Source: a virus
Taxonomy: Duplodnaviria; Caudoviricetes
Direction: 5' to 3' (one strand)
DNA length: 57,709 nucleotides
Virus record (IMG/VR): IMGVR_UViG_3300048585_000089
Coordinates: 1 to 57,709 of that record
Both the position numbers and the translations under genes were made by a program. How positions within the stretch are numbered: the first letter of the stretch is position 1; each line of letters opens with the position of its first letter. Under the pieces are notes generated by a model. The model had not been told where the DNA came from and did no database searches. It saw nothing but the letters and a program-made list of their open reading frames with translations. Shown piece after piece: positions 46,818-57,029 of this stretch.

Positions 46818-48617
46818 ATGTTAAATAGTAGTAGTAACTATAAAACAAAGATCAAGGAGATAGATAGAGTTGAGACAGCTTTAGTATTAGTTGATTTTAA
46901 AGGTGATATAGATTATCCCTTAGCTAGTTCTGTTATAGCAAGCACTACTAAAGCTGGTTACAATACTAGTGACATTATTGATGGAATATTTAGAGAAAGC
47001 ACAAAAATCTATACAGGTGATTATATAGCTACTGAACTTGAAGGCCCTGCTTTAGGTTGGAAAGGTACTAGTATATCTAACGCTATTGGAACATTAAACA
47101 TAGCAGAAACTATTACTATAACATATAACGCTTTTGATACTGGAAATTTTTGGGTAGTAGGAACTCCACAAAACTACCCTGTAGATTTTTCAGTTAGAAT
47201 TCACCATATTGGAGGATATGATACTGTTAATGTTATTGGCAATGAGAATTATATGTGGAGTAAAGCAGTAGCTGCTTATACTGATGTAGATGAGGTATTA
47301 ATTACCATAACTAAAATATCAGCTTTTAATGGCGAAAATGCCTTTATATTAGAAGGAGGTGCCATAAGAAGAGTATGTTTTGATATGAATGATATCATAT
47401 CTATGGGAGGTACAGAAGAGATAAATTCACCTGGACGTTCTATAGGATACATAAGTGCTAATGATTTTTCTCTTACCCTTAATAATATGGAGCATCTATT
47501 TGTAATGTCTAATACAGAAAGTCCTTTCTATGGTTTAATGAAGCCTAAGATTAGATTACAACCTTTTATTGGCATTGAAGTATCTACAAATACTTATGAA
47601 TTAATACCTTTAGGTGTTTTTAGATCTCTTGATTGGAATTCAGAAAATGATTCGGCAGAGTTTACTATTTCTGGTATAGATAGATTAGAAGATTATAACG
47701 ATATACCAACACCTAAATTTTTACCAGCACAAAATATAACTTTAGAGGAATATATAAACACAATAGATGTAGAATGTGGCCTAAATGCTACTATTGATAC
47801 TATACGTGTAAGTAATCCTCTTTTTTGTTATAGTAACACAACTACCATACGTTATTTATTACAGGAAATAGCAGAAGCTCTTCCTGGCTGTATTTATATT
47901 GATAGATTAAATGTTCTCAGGATAAGGCCTTTCGATTTTTCTATAGACACCGCAGTAGATATCTGGACTGATGATAATTTGATAATAACAGCTATTAATC
48001 AACAACAATTTACAACCTGCTATTCATCGGTAAAAATAAAGAAGCGTAATATAAAAGCTACTCCTGGTCAGCAAGTATCCTTTGTAGAAGGAACTCCGAT
48101 AGCAGAAGAAACACTAACTTTAACTAATATACCCTTTACACTTCCTGTACTTTATATTGAGTCAATAGGGGTATATAATAGTTTGGCTACTACAGTAAAT
48201 TCTATAGCCGCTAATCCCGCACAATATACTTTAGAACTTCAAAATGATGGTCTAGTACAAGATAATGTAACAATAGAAATAATTGCAACTACTTTTGATG
48301 AAAATCCAACAGATTTACTTTATATGGACCCATTTTACTCTAATGTATATGAAAAGGAATTACTTGTAGATAATCCATTGCTTCAAGTTGATAGTGAGTG
48401 TAATGAATATGCATCTATTATTTTTAACACTTTAGCTGATCCTATTAGTGAGTATGTCGTATCTGTTTTATGGGATCCCTCTATTGAATTATTAGATCAG
48501 GTTATATTAGATGATATATCGGAGAAAGTTGATAATGTACAATTAATTATATTAAGACAAACATGGTCTTTTGATGGAGCAATGACAGCAGAGATAAGTG
48601 GCAAGAGGACCACATAG
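46818..48617 (+). CDS. Tail tip / baseplate hub protein
   Basis: Position; IPLGVF, IYIDRLNVLRI, WDPSIELLD motifs. Confidence 0.65.
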   Translation: MLNSSSNYKTKIKEIDRVETALVLVDFKGDIDYPLASSVIASTTKAGYNTSDIIDGIFRESTKIYTGDYIATELEGPALGWKGTSISNAIGTLNIAETITITYNAFDTGNFWVVGTPQNYPVDFSVRIHHIGGYDTVNVIGNENYMWSKAVAAYTDVDEVLITITKISAFNGENAFILEGGAIRRVCFDMNDIISMGGTEEINSPGRSIGYISANDFSLTLNNMEHLFVMSNTESPFYGLMKPKIRLQPFIGIEVSTNTYELIPLGVFRSLDWNSENDSAEFTISGIDRLEDYNDIPTPKFLPAQNITLEEYINTIDVECGLNATIDTIRVSNPLFCYSNTTTIRYLLQEIAEALPGCIYIDRLNVLRIRPFDFSIDTAVDIWTDDNLIITAINQQQFTTCYSSVKIKKRNIKATPGQQVSFVEGTPIAEETLTLTNIPFTLPVLYIESIGVYNSLATTVNSIAANPAQYTLELQNDGLVQDNVTIEIIATTFDENPTDLLYMDPFYSNVYEKELLVDNPLLQVDSECNEYASIIFNTLADPISEYVVSVLWDPSIELLDQVILDDISEKVDNVQLIILRQTWSFDGAMTAEISGKRTT

Positions 48618-48632
48618 ATATGAGGTGATAAA

Positions 48633-50171
48633 GTGGGAACAGCGTTTGATTTCTTAAGAAATAAATTAGGAGATAGTTTTGGAGATAATTTATTAACAAA
48701 TGGTGAAGCAGAACCTGGCGTTACTACTGGATGGACTGCTACTGGAGGAGCTACAACTGTAATTGGAGGTGTAGGTATCTATGGCGACTACGTGTTTAAA
48801 CTACCTAGTAGTGGAGGAAAGTTAGTACAAACAATAACACCACCATATGATGCTAATCAATTGCAAGTCTTTGGTTTCTTCTATGCATATGAATACCTAA
48901 TGCAGCAGCCTAGCAACTCTATTTACATGCAGGTGGTATTATCCTATAATGAAAATAGTACATTTGATATTTATAGATTACCTATCAATGCCGCTATAAC
49001 TGATGAATATTCTGGTAACTATTTTGATCCAACTCAAGTAGATGTTAATTACTATATAGCTAATAAGATCATTACTATTCCTAATAATCTCACTATTAAC
49101 GAAATTACCGTCACTATGTATAATAATAGCACTTTAAATATGTACTGTGACGATATTGCAGTTAGATTAAGTGTGGGTACATCACCAACTATAAGTGCTC
49201 ATACAGGAACACCAATCGTAGATAAATACGGAATAGATCCTAAGTACCTCGAATATTTTAAAAATATGGTATATAATTCTAGTTTCGAAATTTTTGATAC
49301 TAGTACATTAGAACCTACATACTGGACTGGCGGAGCATCTGACCCTAATTCTAATTTTTCAGGATCCTATAGCTTGAAACTAGTAGCATCAGCATCTTCC
49401 ATACAAAATGACGACGGCGCAATAGACCCCACCTGGTACGAAAGCGAAGCTACTAGAGTGAGCTTTCATAGTAAGTCAGGGCAAATTAAAATAGAAGTAT
49501 ATGATGTGACTAATGCTTCCTATTTTACATTAACCGCTGAGAACGGTACGACAGGTAGTAGTTATACAGCAGGATCTAATACTAACTGGCAGAATTCGAG
49601 AGATTCGGTTAGTTTTGATCCAACAGAGTTTGGTGCCTGTACCTCGTTAAAGATTAAGTTCACTAATGTTCACGCGTCTCAGACTGGATATGTAGATGAT
49701 ATTATGTTAGCTCCAGACTTTACAGGTAAGTGGCCTCAGTTATATAAAGATGGACCAAAAAGTAACCCAGCATATTTAGTAGATCAGAACCTATCATCAG
49801 AACTTAATATATGGACTGGTACGTTAACTCAATATCTAGCTATTGCATCTCCAGATCCAGAGACTTTATACTTTTGCACAGAAGCTGAAAAAGCGCCAGC
49901 ATATACTCTTAGATGCATTTTAACCGTAACTGGTACGGTACCCACTAGTACTGTAATAAATACTAATGGCAATTCATCTAATATAACAAAAAGTGGTGAT
50001 GATGTAAATCTAGGTGCAAGTGCCGCAGCCTTTGCTGAACCTGCTATATTTGTCACTCTAAATGGTGCAGCTCTAGTTAACGGTGTAGAAGCAGTATATG
50101 TAAGTGCAACTTCATTTACATTACCAACATATACTCTAGATGCAGGTGATATTATAATATTGTTAGGATAG
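48633..50171 (+). CDS. Tail protein with carbohydrate-binding-module-like repeats
   Basis: Two NLL.NG.AE / NMVYNSSFE..W jelly-roll-type starts ending YCDDI / YVDDI. Confidence 0.55.
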   Translation: MGTAFDFLRNKLGDSFGDNLLTNGEAEPGVTTGWTATGGATTVIGGVGIYGDYVFKLPSSGGKLVQTITPPYDANQLQVFGFFYAYEYLMQQPSNSIYMQVVLSYNENSTFDIYRLPINAAITDEYSGNYFDPTQVDVNYYIANKIITIPNNLTINEITVTMYNNSTLNMYCDDIAVRLSVGTSPTISAHTGTPIVDKYGIDPKYLEYFKNMVYNSSFEIFDTSTLEPTYWTGGASDPNSNFSGSYSLKLVASASSIQNDDGAIDPTWYESEATRVSFHSKSGQIKIEVYDVTNASYFTLTAENGTTGSSYTAGSNTNWQNSRDSVSFDPTEFGACTSLKIKFTNVHASQTGYVDDIMLAPDFTGKWPQLYKDGPKSNPAYLVDQNLSSELNIWTGTLTQYLAIASPDPETLYFCTEAEKAPAYTLRCILTVTGTVPTSTVINTNGNSSNITKSGDDVNLGASAAAFAEPAIFVTLNGAALVNGVEAVYVSATSFTLPTYTLDAGDIIILLG

Positions 50172-50185
50172 AGAGGTATCAATAA

Positions 50186-51397
50186 ATGGCAAACAGATAT
50201 TGGGTAGGTAATAGTGGATTTTGGACCGATCCAGCACATTGGTCAGCTACTAGTGGTGGAAGTGGAGGAGCTTCAGTACCAGGAGTTAATGACGCAGTAT
50301 TTTTTAATGCTAATAGTTTTACACTAGCTGGCCAGAAAGTAGAAGTAGCTACGTCTACTCCATATGCAATATATTGTGGAAGTGTAGATTTTACTGGGTG
50401 TCTAAACAATCCAAGTTTTGATTTTTACTATAGCTCCAGTATAAAATGTACTCTATTCTATGTTTATGGGAATCTGACATTTATTCCAGGTGTAGTTTTT
50501 GGATTTCAACCAGCATCTGGACCCTACAGTATTTACATACCTAGTGGAAGGACTTGTAATTTAACCACTAATGGTAATACTACAATACTAGGCTTCGTAG
50601 TATTAGATGGAGGAACTTTAAATTTATTAGATAATTTAGCTAATATACAGACTTTAGATATTCTGGGAACCTTCAATACCAATGGTTATAATATAGACAT
50701 GATGGCTCCTTTAATATCATCAAATGTATTTAGAATAAGAAGTACTGCAGTTGCTAATCTATCGAGTAGTATTATTAGCATGTCTGGTATAGGGTCATTT
50801 ACTATTATGAATACACCTACTATTACAGGAACTTATACACTTAAATTTTATTATTATGCAGCTATATCAGTTACAGCTCCTAATATTGTCTTTAATGATA
50901 TATACTTCTATAAAGGAAGTCAATTAGGCTTGGCTAATTGGCAGATAGGTGGAGCTTTCGCTTGTAATAATTGGTACATAACTAGCTTAGATTACCTAAA
51001 TGTATACGATAGAGTTTTAAAATTTCTACCAGGAACTATTATAACTGTAAATGGAAATTTTTTATTAGAGAATCCGTCAGACATTATGACTTACGGTGGC
51101 TTCTCTATGATACTACTATTTAGTGGAGTACCCTTTCAGTTTATTAAAGTCGGCAGCGGTACTACTCTAGCGTATAACACAGCAATTCGGGACTCAACTG
51201 TTAGTGGTGGAAGTGGATGGTATGCCATTGACTCCACAGACGGAGGAAACAATACTGGTTGGATATTCGGTGATCCACCTGCCCCAACAGCAATTTATGG
51301 GGAAGTATATAAAGGAAATGAGCGTATTTTTAGAGTGTTCTTAGGTAGTGAAGATATAACAACAATATTTAAAGAGGGTAAAATTACAGGAGTATAG
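50186..51397 (+). CDS. Tail fibre/adhesin-like beta-rich protein
   Basis: MANRYWVG..G.W....HWS.TSGG..GASVP...D.V.F N-terminus; STDGGNNTGW near C-terminus. Confidence 0.55.
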   Translation: MANRYWVGNSGFWTDPAHWSATSGGSGGASVPGVNDAVFFNANSFTLAGQKVEVATSTPYAIYCGSVDFTGCLNNPSFDFYYSSSIKCTLFYVYGNLTFIPGVVFGFQPASGPYSIYIPSGRTCNLTTNGNTTILGFVVLDGGTLNLLDNLANIQTLDILGTFNTNGYNIDMMAPLISSNVFRIRSTAVANLSSSIISMSGIGSFTIMNTPTITGTYTLKFYYYAAISVTAPNIVFNDIYFYKGSQLGLANWQIGGAFACNNWYITSLDYLNVYDRVLKFLPGTIITVNGNFLLENPSDIMTYGGFSMILLFSGVPFQFIKVGSGTTLAYNTAIRDSTVSGGSGWYAIDSTDGGNNTGWIFGDPPAPTAIYGEVYKGNERIFRVFLGSEDITTIFKEGKITGV

Positions 51398-51407
51398 GAG
51401 GAATATT

Positions 51408-52295
51408 ATGATTAACGAAAGACAAATTGCCTTAAGAAAAGGTGGTAACTTTACAAATCTGGATAATTTTTTTGACAGGCGTATTGTAAAGTCTATACCA
51501 TTTGTAGTAACACAGGAAATAGCAATATCTACAGCACAATTTGGTCTAATACCCAGCACCATACTAACTGGTACTATAGCAGTAGGTACATCATCAGTAT
51601 CTAATGGTAGTTATATTGCGGCTGCTTTATCTGGAGCAGTAGGCACTGCCGCAACAACTACTATTTCTGATTCACTAGGAAATATTCTAAACATGGTGTC
51701 CATCAGAGATACCAATGGAGACCCGCTAAAAGAAGGAGCAGGTGTTAATGCTAAGACAATTTATGGTCTTATACAATGTAGTTCAGGAACTGCTGATGGT
51801 GCTAGTATCGGTGGTGTTGGATCAGAGAATTTACAAATTTCTTTTGTATACGATAATGCAGGCACACTAACGCTTGCTACTGCCCTTGATCAATCAATAC
51901 AGTTTCAGGCAAATAAGTTGTTCACTCAAAGAAACGTACCAGTAATTGAAAAAGAATCTGGTAGTATAGTTCCTGATATTTTAGGCCAAGTTGCAGTTCC
52001 TGTATGTAGAAAATTCATAGTTACTACCGCATTTGTAGCTAATGAAGTTATTACATTGTCAACAGGAGCAGGGGCATCTGCAGGAGCAAGTACACCATCC
52101 GGGGACACTGTAACACTGCCAGCATCAGATGCCGCTATGGTTGCAGATAATACTTGTAGGATAAGACTTAATGGCGTACAACAGAGAAAAGGTTCGGGCA
52201 ATGACTTTGTTTGGGATAGTACCACTACAGGTCACTTTACATCAATTCTTGATGTAGGTGATTATTTTGAGATTGAAAAAATAATACAGGCATAA
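51408..52295 (+). CDS. Virion structural protein (Gly/Ala/Thr-rich)
   Basis: RBS; C-terminal RLNGV.Q..G.DF.W...LDVGD resembles C-terminus of 48633 ORF. Confidence 0.55.
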   Translation: MINERQIALRKGGNFTNLDNFFDRRIVKSIPFVVTQEIAISTAQFGLIPSTILTGTIAVGTSSVSNGSYIAAALSGAVGTAATTTISDSLGNILNMVSIRDTNGDPLKEGAGVNAKTIYGLIQCSSGTADGASIGGVGSENLQISFVYDNAGTLTLATALDQSIQFQANKLFTQRNVPVIEKESGSIVPDILGQVAVPVCRKFIVTTAFVANEVITLSTGAGASAGASTPSGDTVTLPASDAAMVADNTCRIRLNGVQQRKGSGNDFVWDSTTTGHFTSILDVGDYFEIEKIIQA

Positions 52296-52336
52296 ATCTG
52301 AAGTAGTAGCTACTACCCTAGTCCTTTAAGGAGGAT

Positions 52337-53869
52337 ATGATGATTAATCAAAGACAAATTAGAAACCATGCATACACTACCTTGACAGAGATAAAAGCCT
52401 CTATAGGAAGAGAAGGAGAATTGTGTACATGCTTAGAAACTGACACTACATATAAATACGTGTCAAATTACATAGACCTAACTGATTACTCAGACGATAA
52501 GTACATACTAACCACTGGCGATGGTGGGACTAGCAGATGGGTTGGAGTATCTGGGAATTACTCATTAGAGATGGCTAGGATGGACTATCAATCCAAAGGT
52601 TTTGTAATGACTATAGATACAACTAAGACTGGCACAGGCTCAACTACTAATGTGCAGTTTAAGATACCTTTAATATCGTTAGGACTTTTTCACTTCTACA
52701 TTAGTTGGGGCGATGGCACTCAGAACTTAATAGCAGTATACAATGATGCAGATTTAACGCATACTTACGTAGAAGCAGGAATATATAAAGTCCATATAGA
52801 AGGTATATTTAGAGGACTTTACTTCAATAATTCTGGTGACAAACTTAAAGTATTAACAGTAGAAAGTTTTGGTACTGGATATGGGATGTTTGCGTCATCT
52901 AGAGATTTTAGAGGGTGCTCTAACATTACTTCTATAGTCAACAACGGAGTTAATGTTCCAATGGTAAATGGTACTCTGAGTTCAGCATTTGCTGGCACAG
53001 CAATAACTTCTTTTAACTTTGTTAATTGGGACTTTAGAGCAGTTACAGTTATAGTTAGTACTTTTGATAGTTGTCCTAATTTAACAAGTGTAGATTTTAC
53101 CAATGCCTTAAATCTTTATAACATAGAAGAGTTAGTTTATGTATTTAAAAGTTGTCTCAATTTACCTAGTGTAGATTTAACACCATTTTACAATGACAAA
53201 CTTACATCAATAGCAGGACTTTTTTATGATGCGGGTATTACAAGTATTGACCTAAGCGTATTAAACACAGCCATAATAGAGGATATGTCTTCATTATGTG
53301 TTGATTGTGTTAATTTAACATCTTTAGATTTATCGGGACTAGATTTTAGCTCACTTCTATATATGTATTCAGCGTTTTCTCAAAGTGGAGTAGTTACTGT
53401 AGATTTAAGTAATAGCAATTTCTCAGCAGTAGACTCTCTACAAGGTGCGTTCTATGGTTGTGAATATCTAACTACAATAGATTTTACTGGTATAGATTTG
53501 TCAGCAATACTATATTTCTCATATGAGTTCTATGGGTGTTCATCCCTAGTAACTATAGACGTATCGCCTATAAACTTTACTAATGTGACTACATTGCGGT
53601 CATGCTTCGAGGCTTGTCCTCTACTAACAAGTATAGGGTTAGCTTCCATGAACGTGTCAGCGTGTACTAATATGACAGACTTTGCAAAGAACTCAACTAT
53701 CAATACTACTGAGTATTCCAATGCCTTGATATACTGGGCGACTCTTTCCTTGAAGACTGGAGTTACTTGCAACATGGGAAGTAGCAAATATAACACAGCG
53801 GGACAAACAGCCAAGAACTATATTATAGCGACATTTAGTTGGGTGTTTATAGATGGGGGTTTAGTATGA
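52337..53869 (+). CDS. BspA/DUF285-like leucine-rich-repeat receptor-binding protein with PKD-like domain
   Basis: ISWGDG..HTY...G.Y.V.I.G then ~26-aa F..C..LT.VD LRRs. Confidence 0.8.
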   Translation: MMINQRQIRNHAYTTLTEIKASIGREGELCTCLETDTTYKYVSNYIDLTDYSDDKYILTTGDGGTSRWVGVSGNYSLEMARMDYQSKGFVMTIDTTKTGTGSTTNVQFKIPLISLGLFHFYISWGDGTQNLIAVYNDADLTHTYVEAGIYKVHIEGIFRGLYFNNSGDKLKVLTVESFGTGYGMFASSRDFRGCSNITSIVNNGVNVPMVNGTLSSAFAGTAITSFNFVNWDFRAVTVIVSTFDSCPNLTSVDFTNALNLYNIEELVYVFKSCLNLPSVDLTPFYNDKLTSIAGLFYDAGITSIDLSVLNTAIIEDMSSLCVDCVNLTSLDLSGLDFSSLLYMYSAFSQSGVVTVDLSNSNFSAVDSLQGAFYGCEYLTTIDFTGIDLSAILYFSYEFYGCSSLVTIDVSPINFTNVTTLRSCFEACPLLTSIGLASMNVSACTNMTDFAKNSTINTTEYSNALIYWATLSLKTGVTCNMGSSKYNTAGQTAKNYIIATFSWVFIDGGLV

Positions 53870-54135
53870 TAATAGATTATAAAAATGAAACTGGGGATAC
53901 TCAGATAGCACTACTATTCAATACAGAATTTGATAGGGGCAGACTTATAGAAGTACTCCCAGCACAGGTAGTAACAATGTGTGAAGAGTGTTATATAACT
54001 ATTGTAGATAACCTTGAAGAAGCACAAGTCTTACATCCCGACAAAGAGATAGAACCACTACCAGAACCTTACGATCCAATGGCAAGAGCTAGATCAAGAA
54101 TGTTAGAGTATGAAGCGGAAGAGGTGATTGAATAA
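53866..54135 (+). CDS. Hypothetical protein (possible fibre chaperone)
   Basis: ATG overlapping stop of LRR gene; acidic. Confidence 0.5.
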   Translation: MIIDYKNETGDTQIALLFNTEFDRGRLIEVLPAQVVTMCEECYITIVDNLEEAQVLHPDKEIEPLPEPYDPMARARSRMLEYEAEEVIE

Positions 54136-54971
54136 TGCACAAACAGTCACACATACAGAACTTGACACTATCCGCAATTACTAGTGTAAAAGCTATGACT
54201 GGAATGACAGAAGGTCAAATGTGTCTCTCTAGGGATGTAAATACTATATACAGATATATTGCTTCTGGAAGTGCCTATACAGCAGATGATAAGTATGTAT
54301 TAACAACATCACTCGGAGGTAACACTAGATGGATAGGCGTTGCAGGAACGTACTCAATTTTTGGAGGTTCTGCCAACAATTCTAAGTTTGAGTTAGATGG
54401 TACACTTGTAGCATCTGGAACAGCTATTTGCTTTAGGGATGAGTATGTAGGCGGAGAGTATTTCGTTCCTAATGGGGCGTCAGCACCCGATACAGTTAAT
54501 GCAACAATAGGAGGAGTTGTTACACAGAAGTATGCTTTTGATGGGGTGAATACTACTGAGAAGCTAGGCAATACTTTTGAGATACCACACGATATACCTA
54601 TTACTGAAATAAACGCAGGTACGTTTCCAATTGAGGTACACGTTCATATTGCACCATCGGATAATAACACAGGAGATGTAAGATTTACTTTTGATTGGTG
54701 TTTAATTAAGGCAAACGGGGCGCCTATAGCAGGAACACAAGTAGTTATAACTAAGACAATAACAGCTAATCAGCAGTACTATAACCTACTGGTAGGAGGT
54801 AACCTCGCTGTACCTAGTGGTGGTTTTGGCATAGGCGATTTGATAGAATTTACACTAACAAGAGACCCTAGTAATGCAGGAGATACTTATGCTAGTGACG
54901 TACTGTTCTATAAGATAGCTTTACACGTACCAGTAGATATGTTAGGTAGTAGAACAACATACACAAAATAG
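54135..54971 (+). CDS. Virion structural protein sharing N-terminal module with 52337 LRR protein
   Basis: EG..C...D/N T.Y.Y....DDKY.LTT..GG..RW.GV.G.YS shared. Confidence 0.6.
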   Translation: MHKQSHIQNLTLSAITSVKAMTGMTEGQMCLSRDVNTIYRYIASGSAYTADDKYVLTTSLGGNTRWIGVAGTYSIFGGSANNSKFELDGTLVASGTAICFRDEYVGGEYFVPNGASAPDTVNATIGGVVTQKYAFDGVNTTEKLGNTFEIPHDIPITEINAGTFPIEVHVHIAPSDNNTGDVRFTFDWCLIKANGAPIAGTQVVITKTITANQQYYNLLVGGNLAVPSGGFGIGDLIEFTLTRDPSNAGDTYASDVLFYKIALHVPVDMLGSRTTYTK

Positions 54972-54985
54972 AGGAGGAAATAATT

Positions 54986-55300
54986 ATGGGACCATGGACT
55001 AGGCAATTGAAAGAGTTACTTGAAAGTGGCACTAGGATAGACAAAGCAAGTGCAGGATTAGACAATTCGAGTGTGATTGTAGATACTGCAAAATACACAG
55101 CACCAGAAGGGTATTTTATTGCCTTCTTACAAGTAATTGCAGAAACAGTTGTAGCTAACCAGACCAACCATGGTACTAGTAGTAATGCTACTTTATCTGC
55201 ACTTACTACTATACCAGTCGGTGTTATAATACCTACACAATTAATTGATATAACTTTGACGTCTGGACAGGTGATTGTATTTTTATCAGCAGTATCTTAG
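54986..55300 (+). CDS. Hypothetical virion protein
   Basis: GAGGAGG RBS; beta-rich. Confidence 0.55.
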   Translation: MGPWTRQLKELLESGTRIDKASAGLDNSSVIVDTAKYTAPEGYFIAFLQVIAETVVANQTNHGTSSNATLSALTTIPVGVIIPTQLIDITLTSGQVIVFLSAVS

Positions 55301-55310
55301 GAGGTGTATT

Positions 55311-56576
55311 ATGAAATTAGACAGTAGGTTAGGCTTAGTCTCTACAATTAGTAATATAGCAGCACTAATTAGTGTAGATAAACCATTTATAATTGTAATA
55401 GATACAACTAAGGCTGGTCTCAGTAATTCATTTCAGTTTAATATACCTACTCTAGAGACTGGGGTATATAATGCCACTATAGATTGGGGTGATGGCACTT
55501 CTGATTTAATAACAACCTGGAATGACCCAAAACTTACCCATACGTATGCTACAGAAGGAGAGTACCAAATAGCAATATCTGGAGTATTCGAAGGATTTAG
55601 TTTTGGTGATACTGGTAGTTTAGATAATCAAAAGTTACTACAGATATTACAGTTTGGTAACAAATTTAAAGTTGGATCAGGAGGTTATTATTTTACGTGC
55701 CCATTCTTAAATTATATTAATTTCGTAGGCGCCAACTTTTCTTATTTAATAGATGCCAGATATATGTTTAATGGCGCAGCAAGATGCGCTTCATATGATT
55801 TGAGCAACTTAAACTTTTCTAATGTTATCGATGCTGTTGGTATGTTTCAAACGTACAAATTCGAACCACCACAATCTTTTAATTTAACTAATACAGACTT
55901 CTCTAGTTTGATAGACGCTACAAGTATGTTTAATGGTAACTTTTGCGAAGTATTAGATCTATCAACTATAAAACTTCCCAAATTAGAGAATGCTAGTAGG
56001 TTACTATATGTCTCTCCAGTCTTAAGTGAGGTTATACTACCTAGTAACTTACCAGAAGTTACAAACCTAAGTGCTTCTATGAAGGGTTGCAGCTCACTTA
56101 CTACTATATCATTCGTTGGTCTTAATTACCCAAAACTTACGAGAATGGATAATATGTTCGAGGAGTGCTCTTCCTTAGTAGAACTAGACATATCAGGAGC
56201 CACGATGCCTTTAGTACAACTAATGCAGTATATGCTTTATGGATGTACTAACTTAGAAGAGTTTAAATTCCCACCTAGTATAGCGCCTATTAATTTACGT
56301 GGTGTATTTAGAGGATGCATTAAGCCACTGAGTTTACCGAACTTACCTACATTAGATGTTTCTAATGTTACAGATATGGATGAGTTTTTAATGAATTCAT
56401 ATATACCTACAGCTACCTATTCTAGTGCGTTGGAGTATTGGGCCACGCTCACACTTCAAGAGGATGTAGTATGTGATATGGGCAGTAGCAAGTATAACTC
56501 AGCAGGAGAGAGCGCAAAGAACTACATCGTAAGTACATTTAATTGGACATTCAATGATGGTGGATTGGAGGTATAG
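55311..56576 (+). CDS. Second BspA/DUF285-like LRR protein with PKD-like domain
   Basis: IDTTK.G....F.IP, IDWGDG..HTY, LRRs, C-terminal YS.AL.YWATL...MGSSKYN.AG..AKNYI..F.W.F.DGGL as in paralog; ATG 55311 after AGGAGGT. Confidence 0.8.
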   Translation: MKLDSRLGLVSTISNIAALISVDKPFIIVIDTTKAGLSNSFQFNIPTLETGVYNATIDWGDGTSDLITTWNDPKLTHTYATEGEYQIAISGVFEGFSFGDTGSLDNQKLLQILQFGNKFKVGSGGYYFTCPFLNYINFVGANFSYLIDARYMFNGAARCASYDLSNLNFSNVIDAVGMFQTYKFEPPQSFNLTNTDFSSLIDATSMFNGNFCEVLDLSTIKLPKLENASRLLYVSPVLSEVILPSNLPEVTNLSASMKGCSSLTTISFVGLNYPKLTRMDNMFEECSSLVELDISGATMPLVQLMQYMLYGCTNLEEFKFPPSIAPINLRGVFRGCIKPLSLPNLPTLDVSNVTDMDEFLMNSYIPTATYSSALEYWATLTLQEDVVCDMGSSKYNSAGESAKNYIVSTFNWTFNDGGLEV

Positions 56577-56581
56577 TACTA

Positions 56582-56815
56582 GTGACCCAACCTTGTGATA
56601 AAGAAGAAAGAATACAAAAACTAGAAAGTAGCTCTAATACCTTATTGGAACGCGTAGATAATCTTATAAAACGGATTGACAGAAATACAAGGGTTAATAC
56701 AACTTTAACTATCACAATCATATCTGGTTTAGTAGTTACTGTTGTGGGTGGTTTATTAGTAGCTTTAATAATTGGTTTAGTTACATTTTTTATAGTGAGG
56801 GGAGGTGCTTTATGA
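56582..56815 (+). CDS. Small coiled-coil plus C-terminal TM protein (XhlA/holin-associated)
   Basis: ERIQKLE..coiled coil followed by a long hydrophobic helix; in lysis cassette. Confidence 0.55.
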   Translation: MTQPCDKEERIQKLESSSNTLLERVDNLIKRIDRNTRVNTTLTITIISGLVVTVVGGLLVALIIGLVTFFIVRGGAL

Positions 56816-57009
56816 ATAATCAATTACGTTGGAAGAGTAAACCTGCAATACTAGCTACAGTTACTTTGATAGTTTATGTAGCTAATACATTGCTCTCAGG
56901 TGAGACATTAGATCCAAATCATTTAACTGAACTTGCAGTACAAGCAATAGGAGCAATAATACTACTTATAGGTATATGGAACAATCCTAAAGATAAAATT
57001 AATTTCTAA
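56812..57009 (+). CDS. Holin
   Basis: 65 aa, RWKSK, two TM helices, GIWNNP C-terminus; directly before amidase. Confidence 0.8.
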   Translation: MNNQLRWKSKPAILATVTLIVYVANTLLSGETLDPNHLTELAVQAIGAIILLIGIWNNPKDKINF

Positions 57010-57029
57010 AAAAGAAAGAGGTGATCGAG

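Noticed and set aside
52337-56576. Diversity-generating retroelement acting on LRR genes
   Set aside because: No reverse transcriptase and no near-identical template/variable repeat pair differing only at adenines was seen
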